Shown: piece by piece, positions 29,996-42,390 of the stretch
Position numbering within the stretch: the first letter of the stretch is position 1
How the letters are laid out: every line of letters begins with the position of its first letter
Assembly (NCBI GenBank): GCA_963847705.1
Contig: CAWKBC010000029.1
Location: 324,968 to 388,967 of the forward strand
DNA length: 64,000 bases
Reading direction: 5' to 3'
Source: an uncultured Pseudomonadota bacterium
GTDB taxonomy: Bacteria > Myxococcota_A > Polyangia > Fen-1088
Notes under the pieces: model-generated
What the model was told of the DNA's origin: nothing
What the model saw: the letters and a program-made list of their open reading frames with translations, nothing else
Database searches by the model: none
Translations under genes and position numbers: made by a program

Positions 29996-30879
29996 TCCGC
30001 GCTGGGCGTGTCGAGGACGCGCGAGATGCTGAGGTCGAGGCGGCTGACCAGCAGGCCCGCCAATGAGCGAAACTCGCCGGGCAGCATCCCCAGCTTGGAG
30101 CAGACCGCGCGCTCGGTCGCCTCGAGCACCTGTTCGCGGGCGCGCGCGATCCAGCGCGTGATCGTCGACTGATTGACGCTGTAGATGTTGGCCAGCTGCT
30201 CGTGCGACAGGCCGCTCACGATCGTCAGCTTGAGCAGCAGGCGGTCGCGATCGGGCAGGCCGGCCAGCGCCTCGCGCACCGCCGCCTCGAACTCCGCCTT
30301 GTACTTGGTCCGCAGGTAGTCGATCTCGGGGTGCTGATGGGCGGGGAGAACCTCGTCGGCGCGCGGATCCATGCCGGTCGTCCGCGCCTCCGATCGCCGG
30401 AGATCGAGCGCCACCCGCTGGGCGGCGACCGCCACCCAGGCCGCCAGCGGTCCGCGGCCGAGGTACGACTGGATGCGCGGCGATTTTCCCGCCGTCCCCA
30501 CGAAGATTCGCTGCCAGAGGATCTGGCGGACCTCGTCGCGAAGATCGGCGCTCCGGTCGACCCGCGCCACGGCGGCCGTGATCGCAGCGGCGCACAGCCG
30601 GTCACAGAGGGCCAGCGCGTTCGGCAGGCCGTCGGCACAGGCGACGGTGAGGGCCAGATCCTCGACGTGGAGATCGGCGAGGCCCGCCTCTCCGTCGTCG
30701 CCGGCCGCGCGGGCGATGGCCTCGACGAGGCGCGCCGGATCGATCGTCAGCTCCGGCCAGGCCTGCGCGGCGCGCGCGACGAGCGCCTGCAGGCGCGTCT
30801 CCAGGTCGGCGGGCCGACGCCCGGACGGACGCGTCCGCGCGTAGATCCCCGCCAAATCCAGCTCGCGCGCGCCCGGCAT
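29992..30879 (-). CDS. Myxobacterial ECF-like sigma-70 factor
   Basis: DLALTVAC, YLGRGPLAAWV..AAQR (region 2), LPDRDRLLLKL...LANIYSVNQSTITRW (region 4 HTH). Confidence 0.8.
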   Translation of the reverse strand: MPGARELDLAGIYARTRPSGRRPADLETRLQALVARAAQAWPELTIDPARLVEAIARAAGDDGEAGLADLHVEDLALTVACADGLPNALALCDRLCAAAITAAVARVDRSADLRDEVRQILWQRIFVGTAGKSPRIQSYLGRGPLAAWVAVAAQRVALDLRRSEARTTGMDPRADEVLPAHQHPEIDYLRTKYKAEFEAAVREALAGLPDRDRLLLKLTIVSGLSHEQLANIYSVNQSTITRWIARAREQVLEATERAVCSKLGMLPGEFRSLAGLLVSRLDLSISRVLDTPSAD

Positions 30880-30968
30880 GAAGCTCTTTACGTTACCAGA
30901 CGGCCGGCAGCCGGGCCCAGCCGCTCCCCTCGGGCCGCCGGTCTCTGCAATAATCGCGCGGCGATCCC

Positions 30969-33545
30969 ATGGACTGTCTCGACGAAGAGACCGTCGTTGC
31001 CTTTGTGAACGGCGCCTTGCGTGGCCCCGCGCTCGCCGCCGTGGAGCGCCATCTGCTCGACTGCCCTGCCTGCGCGACGCTGGTCGTGGTGGCCGCGCCC
31101 CCCTCGCGCACGGGCGGTCAGCCAGGCTCGCCGGCCCCGGAGCTGGCCGTCGGACGCTATCGCCTCTTGCACCTGGTCGGCCGCGGCGGCATGGGCGAGG
31201 TCTACGCGGCGTACGATCCCGAGCTCGATCGAAGGGTGGCCATCAAGATCCTGCGGGCCGACGCCCATCCCGACAACAACATCGAAGCGGCGCGTCTCGC
31301 CCGCGAGGCGCAGGCGGTGGCCCGGCTGTCGCATCCGAACGTGGTGGCGATTTACGACGTCGGGTCCTCGTCCGGGCGGATGTTCCTGGCGATGGAGCTG
31401 GTCGAGGGGGAGACGCTCGCGCTCTGGCTGGCGCGCCACACCCGCACCAGGAGCGAGATCCTCTCCATGTTCTTGATGGCGGGGCGCGGCCTGGCGGCTG
31501 CCCACCGCGCCGGGATCGTCCACCGCGACTTCAAGCCCCAGAACGTGATGGTGGCGCGCGATGGCAGCGCCCGGGTGATGGACTTCGGCCTGGCCGCCGC
31601 CGGCGGCGGCGCGGGGCGGACGCACCAGATCCGCCTGACCAAGGCGGGCGCCATCCTGGGGACACCGCTTTACATGTCGCCCGAACAGATGGTTGGCCAG
31701 ACCGTCGATCCGCGGGCCGACCAGTTCAGCTTCTGCGTGGCGCTGTGGGAGGCGCTGCACGGCGCGCGGCCCTTCGAAGGTTCGACGGTGCTCGAGCTGC
31801 GCGGCGACGTGCTGGCCGGGCGACCACGCCCTGGCCCCTTGCGCGGTCGGATCCCCCGGCGGATCCAGGCCGCGCTCGAGCGCGGGCTCTCCGTCGATCG
31901 CACGCGGCGCTTTGCCGAAATGAACGCGCTCCTCGACGAGCTCACCGCCGCGCCGACCGGCGCGCCGAAACGCACCGCCGCCGTCGGCCTGGCGCTCGGG
32001 CTGGCGCTGGCGGGCCTCGTCGGGGGCGGCTTCGTCTGGCGTGCGCGGGCCCGCCAGCTGGCCGCCTGCGATCCGGCACCGAAGCTGGCGCACGTCTGGG
32101 AGACCACGGCCGACGGGCTGACCCGCCTCGAGATGCGCACCGCCTTTCTGGGCGTCGCCAACGACGTCCCTGACGCCGGCGACCGCTTCGCGCGCGTCAG
32201 CCAGCTCCTCGACGGATACGCCAACGCGTGGTCGAGCGCCTCGCGCGGCGTTTGCGAGGCGGCCAGCCAGGCGGCGGACGGCACGACCGGCCTCCGCCTC
32301 GACTGCCTCGATCGGCGGCGCGCCGAGCTGGCGGCGCTGACCGACGTGCTCGTGCACGCCGACGCCAAGGTGGTCCGCCGCTCCATCGCCGCCGTCCTGT
32401 CCCTGCCGCGCGTCGACGGCTGTACCGATCTGGTCGCGCTGCGGAGCGCGCCGCTGCCACCCGACAATCGGGAGCTGCGGGCACGCGTCGACCAGCTGAC
32501 CGGCCGGCTGCTTTCGCTGCGGGCCAGCGCTGCGGCGGGGCACGACTGGCAGGCGCTGGAGCCCATCGGCGCGCTGACCGAGGAGGTGCGGGCCGCCAAC
32601 CACGAGCCGCTGTTGGTCGAAACGTTGCTCGTCGACGCGCGCATTCGTTCGCCGTTCGATCCAGAGGGGGCGATCCCACTTTACGAAGAGGCCTACCGGC
32701 GCGCGGGGGCGCTGCACCTCGATGACTTCGCCGCGGAGGCCGCCATTCAGCTGACCGCAATCGTGGGGACGTTCCAGCACCGCTTTGCCGACGGAGAGCG
32801 CTGGGCCAACCTCGCCGAGGCCGTGCTCGGACAGGCGGGTGAGCACGAGCGGCTGCGGGGCTGGTTCTTCGACGTGCGGGGCGCGCTCGAAGCGGCGCAG
32901 GGTCAGTGGCGGCGCGCCGAGATCGACTTCGCCTCATCGGCGTCGATTCGCGAGCAGGCGCTCGGCTCCGCTCACCCCGAGCTGGCGGCGTCTCTGGTGA
33001 ACCTCTCCAGGGCGGCGCTGATGCTGGACGAGGCCGCAGCGGCGCGCGACGCCGCCGAGCGCGCCTTCAAGCTGGCCAGCGCGGTCTTTCCAGCCGAGGC
33101 CTATGAAGTGAACGCGGCGCTGCTCGCGCGCGCGCACGCCTTCGTCGCGCTCGAGCGAGCCGCCGAGGCGCGCACCGAGGTGGCGACCGTCGAGGCCTCC
33201 TTCGAAAAGACGCTCGGCCACGACCACCCGTTCCTGGCCGATCCGATGACCGTCCTCGGCGAGGCGGCGCTCGCCGAGGGGCGGCCGATGGACGCGCGCG
33301 CCGTGCTGGAGCGGGCCTGGGAGATTCGCTCCACCCACGTGACCGACGCCGGCGCGCGAGAGGAGACCGCGTTCGCTCTCTCCCGCGCCATCTGGGGCTC
33401 TTCCGTGGCCGATCGCACCCACGCGCTGGAGCTGGCCCACGAGGCGCGCGACGGCTACGCGGGGATCCCGAATCTCGCGCCCCGGCTGGCGGTCGTGCAG
33501 CGGTGGATCGACGAGCGCGCCGATGCGTCCCGCGGCCGACGCTGA
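30969..33545 (+). CDS. Hanks-type Ser/Thr kinase with N-terminal Zn finger, TM segment and C-terminal TPRs
   Basis: HLLDCPAC, GRGGMGEVY, VAIK, HRDFKPQN, DFG, GTPLYMSPE, TM segment, LGSAHP/LGHDHP TPR-like repeats. Confidence 0.93.
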   Translation: MDCLDEETVVAFVNGALRGPALAAVERHLLDCPACATLVVVAAPPSRTGGQPGSPAPELAVGRYRLLHLVGRGGMGEVYAAYDPELDRRVAIKILRADAHPDNNIEAARLAREAQAVARLSHPNVVAIYDVGSSSGRMFLAMELVEGETLALWLARHTRTRSEILSMFLMAGRGLAAAHRAGIVHRDFKPQNVMVARDGSARVMDFGLAAAGGGAGRTHQIRLTKAGAILGTPLYMSPEQMVGQTVDPRADQFSFCVALWEALHGARPFEGSTVLELRGDVLAGRPRPGPLRGRIPRRIQAALERGLSVDRTRRFAEMNALLDELTAAPTGAPKRTAAVGLALGLALAGLVGGGFVWRARARQLAACDPAPKLAHVWETTADGLTRLEMRTAFLGVANDVPDAGDRFARVSQLLDGYANAWSSASRGVCEAASQAADGTTGLRLDCLDRRRAELAALTDVLVHADAKVVRRSIAAVLSLPRVDGCTDLVALRSAPLPPDNRELRARVDQLTGRLLSLRASAAAGHDWQALEPIGALTEEVRAANHEPLLVETLLVDARIRSPFDPEGAIPLYEEAYRRAGALHLDDFAAEAAIQLTAIVGTFQHRFADGERWANLAEAVLGQAGEHERLRGWFFDVRGALEAAQGQWRRAEIDFASSASIREQALGSAHPELAASLVNLSRAALMLDEAAAARDAAERAFKLASAVFPAEAYEVNAALLARAHAFVALERAAEARTEVATVEASFEKTLGHDHPFLADPMTVLGEAALAEGRPMDARAVLERAWEIRSTHVTDAGAREETAFALSRAIWGSSVADRTHALELAHEARDGYAGIPNLAPRLAVVQRWIDERADASRGRR

Positions 33546-33628
33546 CGCGCGCGGAGCGGGCGATCGGCGCTGGGCGGCCGGCCCAAATGGGGTCCGCGGT
33601 GCGGCGGGGGTTCGCGGTGCGGCGGGGG

Positions 33629-34096
33629 TCAGCCCTTCGGCGGCGCCAGCTCTTCGTCGACGATTCGCTTGACGGCCGAGGGGTCGAGCTTCCCCTTGTT
33701 CGCCTTCATGATCTCGCCCACGACACGTCCGGCGGCCTTCGGATCGGAGACCCCCAGCCGCACGACGGCCTCGCGCACGATCGATCGCGTCTCGTCATCC
33801 GAGGCGGCCTTGGGGAGAAAGCGCGCGCAAAACCCGATCTCGAAGTCGATCTGCGGGATGGCCTCGGCGCCGCGCGCACCGATCGCCACGTACTCCTCGC
33901 GCGACTTGCGGAGCTGCTTCTGATAGGCGGTGATCACATCCAGCCAGAGCGTGTCATCGAGCGGCCCCTTGAAGCCGGCCGCGGTGCGGCGCTCCATGTG
34001 CTTGGTCTTGATCATCCGGATGCAGTCGGTGGTGCGACTGTCCTTGGCGCGCATCGCCTCTTTCAGAAGATCATTGAGCTGGACGTCGATCGGCAT
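33629..34096 (-). CDS. GatB/YqeY domain protein
   Basis: LKEAMRAKD...IRMIK...FLPK...GRVVGEIMK. Confidence 0.85.
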   Translation of the reverse strand: MPIDVQLNDLLKEAMRAKDSRTTDCIRMIKTKHMERRTAAGFKGPLDDTLWLDVITAYQKQLRKSREEYVAIGARGAEAIPQIDFEIGFCARFLPKAASDDETRSIVREAVVRLGVSDPKAAGRVVGEIMKANKGKLDPSAVKRIVDEELAPPKG

Positions 34097-34250
34097 GACC
34101 GGGGAAGCTAGGCTGAAATCGGTAGCCCCGCAACCGCACGCTGTGAAACAGAGGCACGCTTCGGGGCCAGCGCGACCTTGCGGTGCTATATTGGCAAGCG
34201 TGTCTGCGCCGCCCTTGGTGGGCGCGCCGCTTGCTTCTTCGAAGGTGGTC

Positions 34251-35201
34251 ATGCGTCTCAAGACCTCACTATCGGCGCTCGTTGGAATGGTTGGCCTCGG
34301 GATCGCCGTGGCCGGCTCGGCCCACGCTCAGGCGGAGGCAGCCCCTCCCCCGCCCCCTTCGCCCGAGATGGCGCCGGCGCCGGGACAGGCACCCGGACCG
34401 GACCAGACCCAGATGCAGGTGCAGGCGGGGGCCCCCGATCAGGGCCCGCCCCAGCAGGACTATCCGATCCCCCCCAACGTTCAGGGAGCGGCCGTTCCCG
34501 TTCAGGGCGGGGGCTACTGCTTTGGAGGCCCGCACCCGGCGCCGGGCGGCGGATGGGAGGCCTCGCCGAACCCGCACGTGCACAACTACGCGCCGTTCGA
34601 CCTGCGGCTCTTCTCGTATCACAACGGCTGCTACTACTTCATCGGCGACCCGCGTGACTTCGGCTACACCGGGCAGTCGTACAGCTACTACGGCGCGCAC
34701 CCGATCGCCGACGAGTACGGCGGCGGATGGTGCTTCATGGTCGGCCCACACTCCCACTGGTGGCGGCCCTGGTCGCCCTACTTCACCACGGTCGGTCCCT
34801 GGTACTACTGGCAGGGCCCCTACGATCCGTTCTTCTGGGCCTACTGGCCGTTCTATTCGTTCTACTACCGCAGCTACTACCCCAGCTTCTACGCGGGTGG
34901 GCGCTACTTCCGGGGTGGCTTCCGCGCCGCTCCGCCCATCGCGCGTGTCCCTGCCTCGGTTGGCGCCGGCTGGCGTGGCGGGCCGGCGGTGGCCGGCGGC
35001 TATCGGGGCGCGGCGGGGGGAGGCTGGCGCGGCGCGCCGGCGGCTGGTGGGGGCGCCTGGCGCGGTGGGGCGGCGGGGCCAGGCGGCTGGCACGGCGGCG
35101 CGGCGGTCCCCTACTCTGCCCCGCGCATGGGCGGAGGTGGCGGCTTCCACAGCGGCGGCGGCTTCCACGGCGGCGGCGGCTTCCACATCCACGGGCGCTA
35201 G
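34251..35201 (+). CDS. Hypothetical secreted protein (Pro/Gln, aromatic Cys/His core, Gly/Arg tail)
   Basis: Signal peptide ending AHA-Q; Tyr/Trp-rich core; GGWRG and GGFH repeats. Confidence 0.7.
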   Translation: MRLKTSLSALVGMVGLGIAVAGSAHAQAEAAPPPPPSPEMAPAPGQAPGPDQTQMQVQAGAPDQGPPQQDYPIPPNVQGAAVPVQGGGYCFGGPHPAPGGGWEASPNPHVHNYAPFDLRLFSYHNGCYYFIGDPRDFGYTGQSYSYYGAHPIADEYGGGWCFMVGPHSHWWRPWSPYFTTVGPWYYWQGPYDPFFWAYWPFYSFYYRSYYPSFYAGGRYFRGGFRAAPPIARVPASVGAGWRGGPAVAGGYRGAAGGGWRGAPAAGGGAWRGGAAGPGGWHGGAAVPYSAPRMGGGGGFHSGGGFHGGGGFHIHGR

Positions 35202-35204
35202 CCG

Positions 35205-36701
35205 CTAGTTGTTCCCGTGGGGGAAGAAGCTGTCGTCGTAGGAAAACTCCGTGTAGCGATCGAAACCGATCGCCAGGAAAAGGTTGATGGCGAACGCGAC
35301 GACGATCAGCGCGCGGAACAGCTTGGTGAGCGGGCGGTTGCCGACGGCCAGCAGGACCATGAAGTAGATCATGTAGTCCAGGCTGAATCGATAGCCCCAC
35401 TGCACGTAGCCTGAGTTCTGATAAAGGAGAGACGGGAGCGCCGTCGTCAGGATGGTGATCCAGAGGGCCTTGGTGAGCACGCTCGGCTCCTGCGGCATCA
35501 CCGTGTAGGCCAGGTTGGGCGAGGTGACGAGCAGGCTCACGCCGTGCTGGCTCACCTTCACGTATGGGTAGCGCGTCATGATGCGCGGCAGGAGCACCAG
35601 CGCGGCGGCCAGGTTGCGCGACAGGAAGTGATAGTTGAACAGGCCGAAGCGGAACATCCGGTCCTGCCACTGCACCGGCATGAACCTGTGCCCGAACTCG
35701 AACGGGTTCTGGAAGCGCGCGTAGTTGTAGACGGCCAGCGCCGCGCCCCCCAGGGCGATCGGCGCGGCGAACTTGAGCAGCGACGAGAGCAGCGCGCGAC
35801 GCGATTTTGGGTCGCGCAGACCGTCGCGGCCACCCACCGCACGCACCGCCTCGAAGAGGAAGAGAGGCAACACCACCCAGGGGGGCCGGGTGGCGAAGCC
35901 GAGCGCCACGCAGATCCCGGCCAGCACCGGCCGGCGCGCCTCGATCGACGCCCAGACGTAGCCGATCGAGAGGGTGACGGCGATGATCTCGGCGGTGAAC
36001 CAGACCTCGCCGACGACGGCGCAGAAGTAATAGACCGAGCCCACCCCGAACATGGCGGTCAGCCACAGATCGTCGACCTCGCTGCGGCGCGAGAGGCCGC
36101 GGGCCCGCAACGCGCGGAGGAGCAGGAACAGCAGCATCGGGTTCAGCCCCGCCCACAGCGCCGTGAACAGCACGTCGTTGAAGTGCAGCCCCCAGATGGC
36201 CACGAAGGGGAGCATCGGGATCGCCGGGAAGGGCGGGAACGAGACCAGCCGGATCGTCGAGCGGGAGGCGATCTGGGCGGCCGGCACGGTGAAGGGGTCA
36301 CCGCGCAGCGGGTAGAGGCGATCGCTCGGGCCGCCGATGCGCCCGCCACCGTAGATCCCGCGCAGCTCGCGGCCGTCCTTCAGCTTGAGGACGTCGATCT
36401 TCGCCCAGTCGTTCTCGTTCGGCGGCGGTCCAGCGAGGGTCATCCGGCCGTGCAGCCAGCCGTCGGCGAGATAGACGTAGTGGTTGTACTGGGAGTGCGC
36501 GCGCAGCCGGGCCCCCGAGGCGCCCAGGTAGGCACCGACGAACGCCAGGTAGACGACCACCGCGCCCCGCCATCCGCGAAGGAGCCGCGACAGTCGGAGG
36601 CGCGACCGCCATCCCGACGACGAAGCACCGGCCGGCACTGGAGCTGCCGATTCGACCGACTTGTCGGCCGCGGTCTCCTCGGGGGATGGCGAGGTCGTCA
36701 T
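35205..36701 (-). CDS. Polytopic membrane protein, GT-C-like
   Basis: Many TM segments, FPPFPA, ATRP, YNYARF.NPFEFG, GYRFSLD. Confidence 0.65.
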   Translation of the reverse strand: MTTSPSPEETAADKSVESAAPVPAGASSSGWRSRLRLSRLLRGWRGAVVVYLAFVGAYLGASGARLRAHSQYNHYVYLADGWLHGRMTLAGPPPNENDWAKIDVLKLKDGRELRGIYGGGRIGGPSDRLYPLRGDPFTVPAAQIASRSTIRLVSFPPFPAIPMLPFVAIWGLHFNDVLFTALWAGLNPMLLFLLLRALRARGLSRRSEVDDLWLTAMFGVGSVYYFCAVVGEVWFTAEIIAVTLSIGYVWASIEARRPVLAGICVALGFATRPPWVVLPLFLFEAVRAVGGRDGLRDPKSRRALLSSLLKFAAPIALGGAALAVYNYARFQNPFEFGHRFMPVQWQDRMFRFGLFNYHFLSRNLAAALVLLPRIMTRYPYVKVSQHGVSLLVTSPNLAYTVMPQEPSVLTKALWITILTTALPSLLYQNSGYVQWGYRFSLDYMIYFMVLLAVGNRPLTKLFRALIVVAFAINLFLAIGFDRYTEFSYDDSFFPHGNN

Positions 36702-38500
36702 CGCGGCCCCCGCTCATAGAGCGTCACCATCGGGACACCCTCGCGCGCGCGAACGGCGATCGGCCGGGTCGTCCCGTAGGACTCCCAGAACCAAGCCTCG
36801 TACTTGGCCCAATGCTTTTCATAGAAGAGAATTCCGATCTCCGAACGCTTGATGCCGTCCTCGCCGAAGCCGGTGTCCCCGACCTCGAGCGAGAGCCGAC
36901 CGTCCCGTTTGTACATCGAGATCGCGTCGGAGAGGGTGTCGTGCCAGTAGAGCCTGCGGTTCTCGGGGACGCGGCGGTTCAGCTCGGGGAGCATCGGGAG
37001 CACCGAATAGCCCCAGAACTGCCGATTCATGCCCAGCGAAGCGCCCCCGGCGAAGCCGCCCGCCAGCAGGTTGTAGTGTCCGAGCCCGTCGGGGTGTGAG
37101 CGGCGCGTCTCCACCAGCGCGGGGAGACAGACGAGGACCGCCAGGGCCGCGGGCAGGACTACAGCGGGACGCCAGCGCGCCCGCGCCTCGGGGAGCGCCT
37201 CGCGCAACGCGCGCCCGAGGGCGACGAGGCCGAGCCCCGCCAGGAGGGCCAGGTAAGGCATCGCCGCCAGAAAGTGCTTCACCCCCCCGAAGATCGGGGT
37301 CGAGGGGACGGCCAGGACCGCCAGCGGCCCCAGCGTCTGGAAGAGGACGAACGCCCCGGGCGCGCGGTCGACGTCGGCGCCCGGGCGCAGCCAGCTGGGA
37401 CGCTCGGCCGTCGGGGCCTCCGTCTGCTGGCCTTCGGGATCGACCGGCGCGTCGCGCCGACGGCGCGCCAGCACGCCCGCGCCGAGGGCGGCCAGCGCCA
37501 GCGTGGTGACCGGAACGGTGAAGCCGGTCTCCACGAACGGCGCGGTGGCGCGCAGCCACTTCATCGCCGTGGTGGTCGGCGGCTGGTTGAAGTTGTAGCC
37601 GAGGTACTCGAAGTTGTAGTGCTCGTGGTCGAGGTGGCGCACCACGTAGGCGCGGGTCCGGGCCACCGGCGACACCCAGAGCCAGGGCCAGTGCGCGAAG
37701 AAGATGAGCGGCCCGAGCACCAGCATGGAGACGAACACCAGCGGGATCGGCGTCAGCCGGCGCGCCCGCAGATCGCCCCGCCTCATCCAGAGGTAGTGCG
37801 CCACCAGAAAGAACGGGATGAGCCAGGCGTTGTGCTTGACCCCCAGCGCGACGCCGAACAGCGCGCCGGTGGCGATCCCCCAGCGCGGCTCGCGCAGCGA
37901 CTTCCAGTAGCCGAACCCCACCGCGAAGGCCATGGTCACGATCGGCGCGTCGAAGCAGGCGATCTGCGCGTGGAAGAAGAAGTGCGGCTGCGCCAGCGTC
38001 AGCACCGCCGCCACCGCCGACGGCACGCGCGACAGCCAGCCGCGCGCGAAGCGGTAGACCAGGCCGACCAGCAGCGCCGCGAACAAGATGGCCGGGAAGC
38101 GAAAGGCGGTCGAGTCGCGCGCGAACAGCGGCAGCGTGGTGTGCCGTGCGGAGACGGGAACGGGGTGGTAACCGTGGGTCGCCCCCATGCAGGAGCAGGT
38201 GTGGAAGGCGCGCCAGGAGAGCCCGTAGAGCGCCTTCATGACCACCGGGTGATCGGGCGCGTTGTCACTCCAGTAGCGATCGATGTCGGAGGGGGTGAAG
38301 GAGCGACCCGGGCGGCCGTGCGCCAGGTTGTCGCCGAGCTCGCTGAACCAACCCCAGTAGCGCTCGCCCGCGCGCATGTACTGCGCCTCGTCGCGCCCGA
38401 TCCCCTGCCGCCCCTCGACCGCCAGCAGCCAGCTCACGGTTCCGAGCGCGAGCAGCGCGGTGATCAGCCAGTCGGCCCGACGTGGACCGAGTCGCCTCAT
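36698..38500 (-). CDS. ArnT/PMT (GT39/83)-like glycosyltransferase
   Basis: RDE motif after TM1, DHPVVMK, AFRFP, FDAP, GVALGVKHNA, many TMs. Confidence 0.8.
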   Translation of the reverse strand: MRRLGPRRADWLITALLALGTVSWLLAVEGRQGIGRDEAQYMRAGERYWGWFSELGDNLAHGRPGRSFTPSDIDRYWSDNAPDHPVVMKALYGLSWRAFHTCSCMGATHGYHPVPVSARHTTLPLFARDSTAFRFPAILFAALLVGLVYRFARGWLSRVPSAVAAVLTLAQPHFFFHAQIACFDAPIVTMAFAVGFGYWKSLREPRWGIATGALFGVALGVKHNAWLIPFFLVAHYLWMRRGDLRARRLTPIPLVFVSMLVLGPLIFFAHWPWLWVSPVARTRAYVVRHLDHEHYNFEYLGYNFNQPPTTTAMKWLRATAPFVETGFTVPVTTLALAALGAGVLARRRRDAPVDPEGQQTEAPTAERPSWLRPGADVDRAPGAFVLFQTLGPLAVLAVPSTPIFGGVKHFLAAMPYLALLAGLGLVALGRALREALPEARARWRPAVVLPAALAVLVCLPALVETRRSHPDGLGHYNLLAGGFAGGASLGMNRQFWGYSVLPMLPELNRRVPENRRLYWHDTLSDAISMYKRDGRLSLEVGDTGFGEDGIKRSEIGILFYEKHWAKYEAWFWESYGTTRPIAVRAREGVPMVTLYERGPR

Positions 38501-39348
38501 CGGCGGGCCTCGGCGGCGAAGGCGAAGAAACGATCGTAAGGCGCGGCCGAGGTGAGCTCCAGCTTGACGGGGACCGTCTGGCCCGCGCGCGCGGTGGTGT
38601 CGATCCGTGTCCGGGTCCAGCCGCTGTCGTCGCTGGTCACCGGTAGCTCGGTCGTCTGATCGCCGATGGTGAGGCGCGCCTCGACCGTGCCGCGCGCCGC
38701 CTTGCGCATCCAGGTGTCGTGGAGCCCGGTGGCGATCACCAGCACCCGCCCCAGCGGCACGGCGGGAAACTCGATCACCACCGCCGCACCGGCGACCGGC
38801 TCGGTGAGCAGCGCCTCCCGGAGTTTCTGATCGACCTCCACCAGCTGCCGGTGCAGGCTGTTGTTGCCCGGCGCCGGACAGACGATGCGCTCGCCGGAGA
38901 GCGCGCAGGTGACGACGGCGCCCCGGGCGTCGCGCCGGCTGACCCGGGCGTCGGCCCAGCGCGCGACGAAGTCGTAGCTGACGATCTCGGCGGGACGCTC
39001 GACCAGCCGGAGGCGCAACCGGCCGAACCTCTCGTCGACGGTGGTGGTCCCGACCGCCGCCGCGGACGCCTGCGCGCCACGCTGGCTCACCTCCCAGACG
39101 CGGGGGAAGCGATCGTCGTCCATCCGCGCGGCAACCTCGGGCGGGATCAGATCACCGAGGTGAACGCGCAGGATCGGATCGGCCCAGGCGGGCGCCGCGA
39201 CGATCAGATCGCCGGGGCGAAACCCGCCGCGGATGGCAGCGGCGGCCGCGGCCCAGTCAGCGTCGGTCGGGGCGCGAAACGGCGCCACCAGCGCCACCGT
39301 CGTCTCCACCAGCGCCAGCAGCGAGATGACGACGGCCGCGCCCAGCAT
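38497..39348 (-). CDS. Hypothetical membrane-anchored protein
   Basis: MLGAAVVISLL start (3' part of ORF-track entry 38497..40770); 4-nt overlap with the next gene. Confidence 0.65.
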   Translation of the reverse strand: MLGAAVVISLLALVETTVALVAPFRAPTDADWAAAAAAIRGGFRPGDLIVAAPAWADPILRVHLGDLIPPEVAARMDDDRFPRVWEVSQRGAQASAAAVGTTTVDERFGRLRLRLVERPAEIVSYDFVARWADARVSRRDARGAVVTCALSGERIVCPAPGNNSLHRQLVEVDQKLREALLTEPVAGAAVVIEFPAVPLGRVLVIATGLHDTWMRKAARGTVEARLTIGDQTTELPVTSDDSGWTRTRIDTTARAGQTVPVKLELTSAAPYDRFFAFAAEARR

Positions 39349-39374
39349 CAGGTTCCGGCGCCCCGCGCCGAGCC

Positions 39375-42206
<2,832 letters not shown>

Positions 42207-42271
42207 CCCGCGCAGGAAGCTACCACGACGTGCCCGGCAGCGACGGTGTCGGCCATCTCAGCCGAGCGCGT

Positions 42272-42390
42272 GATCGCGTGGGCGGAGCGCGGCCCGGGGT
42301 CCCCGCGCAGTCCGGCTGCGCGGGGATGCGGTTTTGCTGCGCGGAGTCCGGCGCGGGGGGGTTGGAGACCCTCTCAGGGTCCCCGACAAA
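42272..42390. repeat. Diverged third copy of the palindromic element seen at 25482-25640
   Basis: Shares the GATCGCGTGG start, GCG(C/G)AGTCCG.CGCGGGGGGG and the GACCCT...AGGGTCCCCGAC end. Confidence 0.7.

Noticed and set aside
33590-33630. Short direct repeat CGCGGTGCGGCGGGGG between convergent genes
   Set aside because: Only two copies in GC-rich DNA; too weak to interpret.
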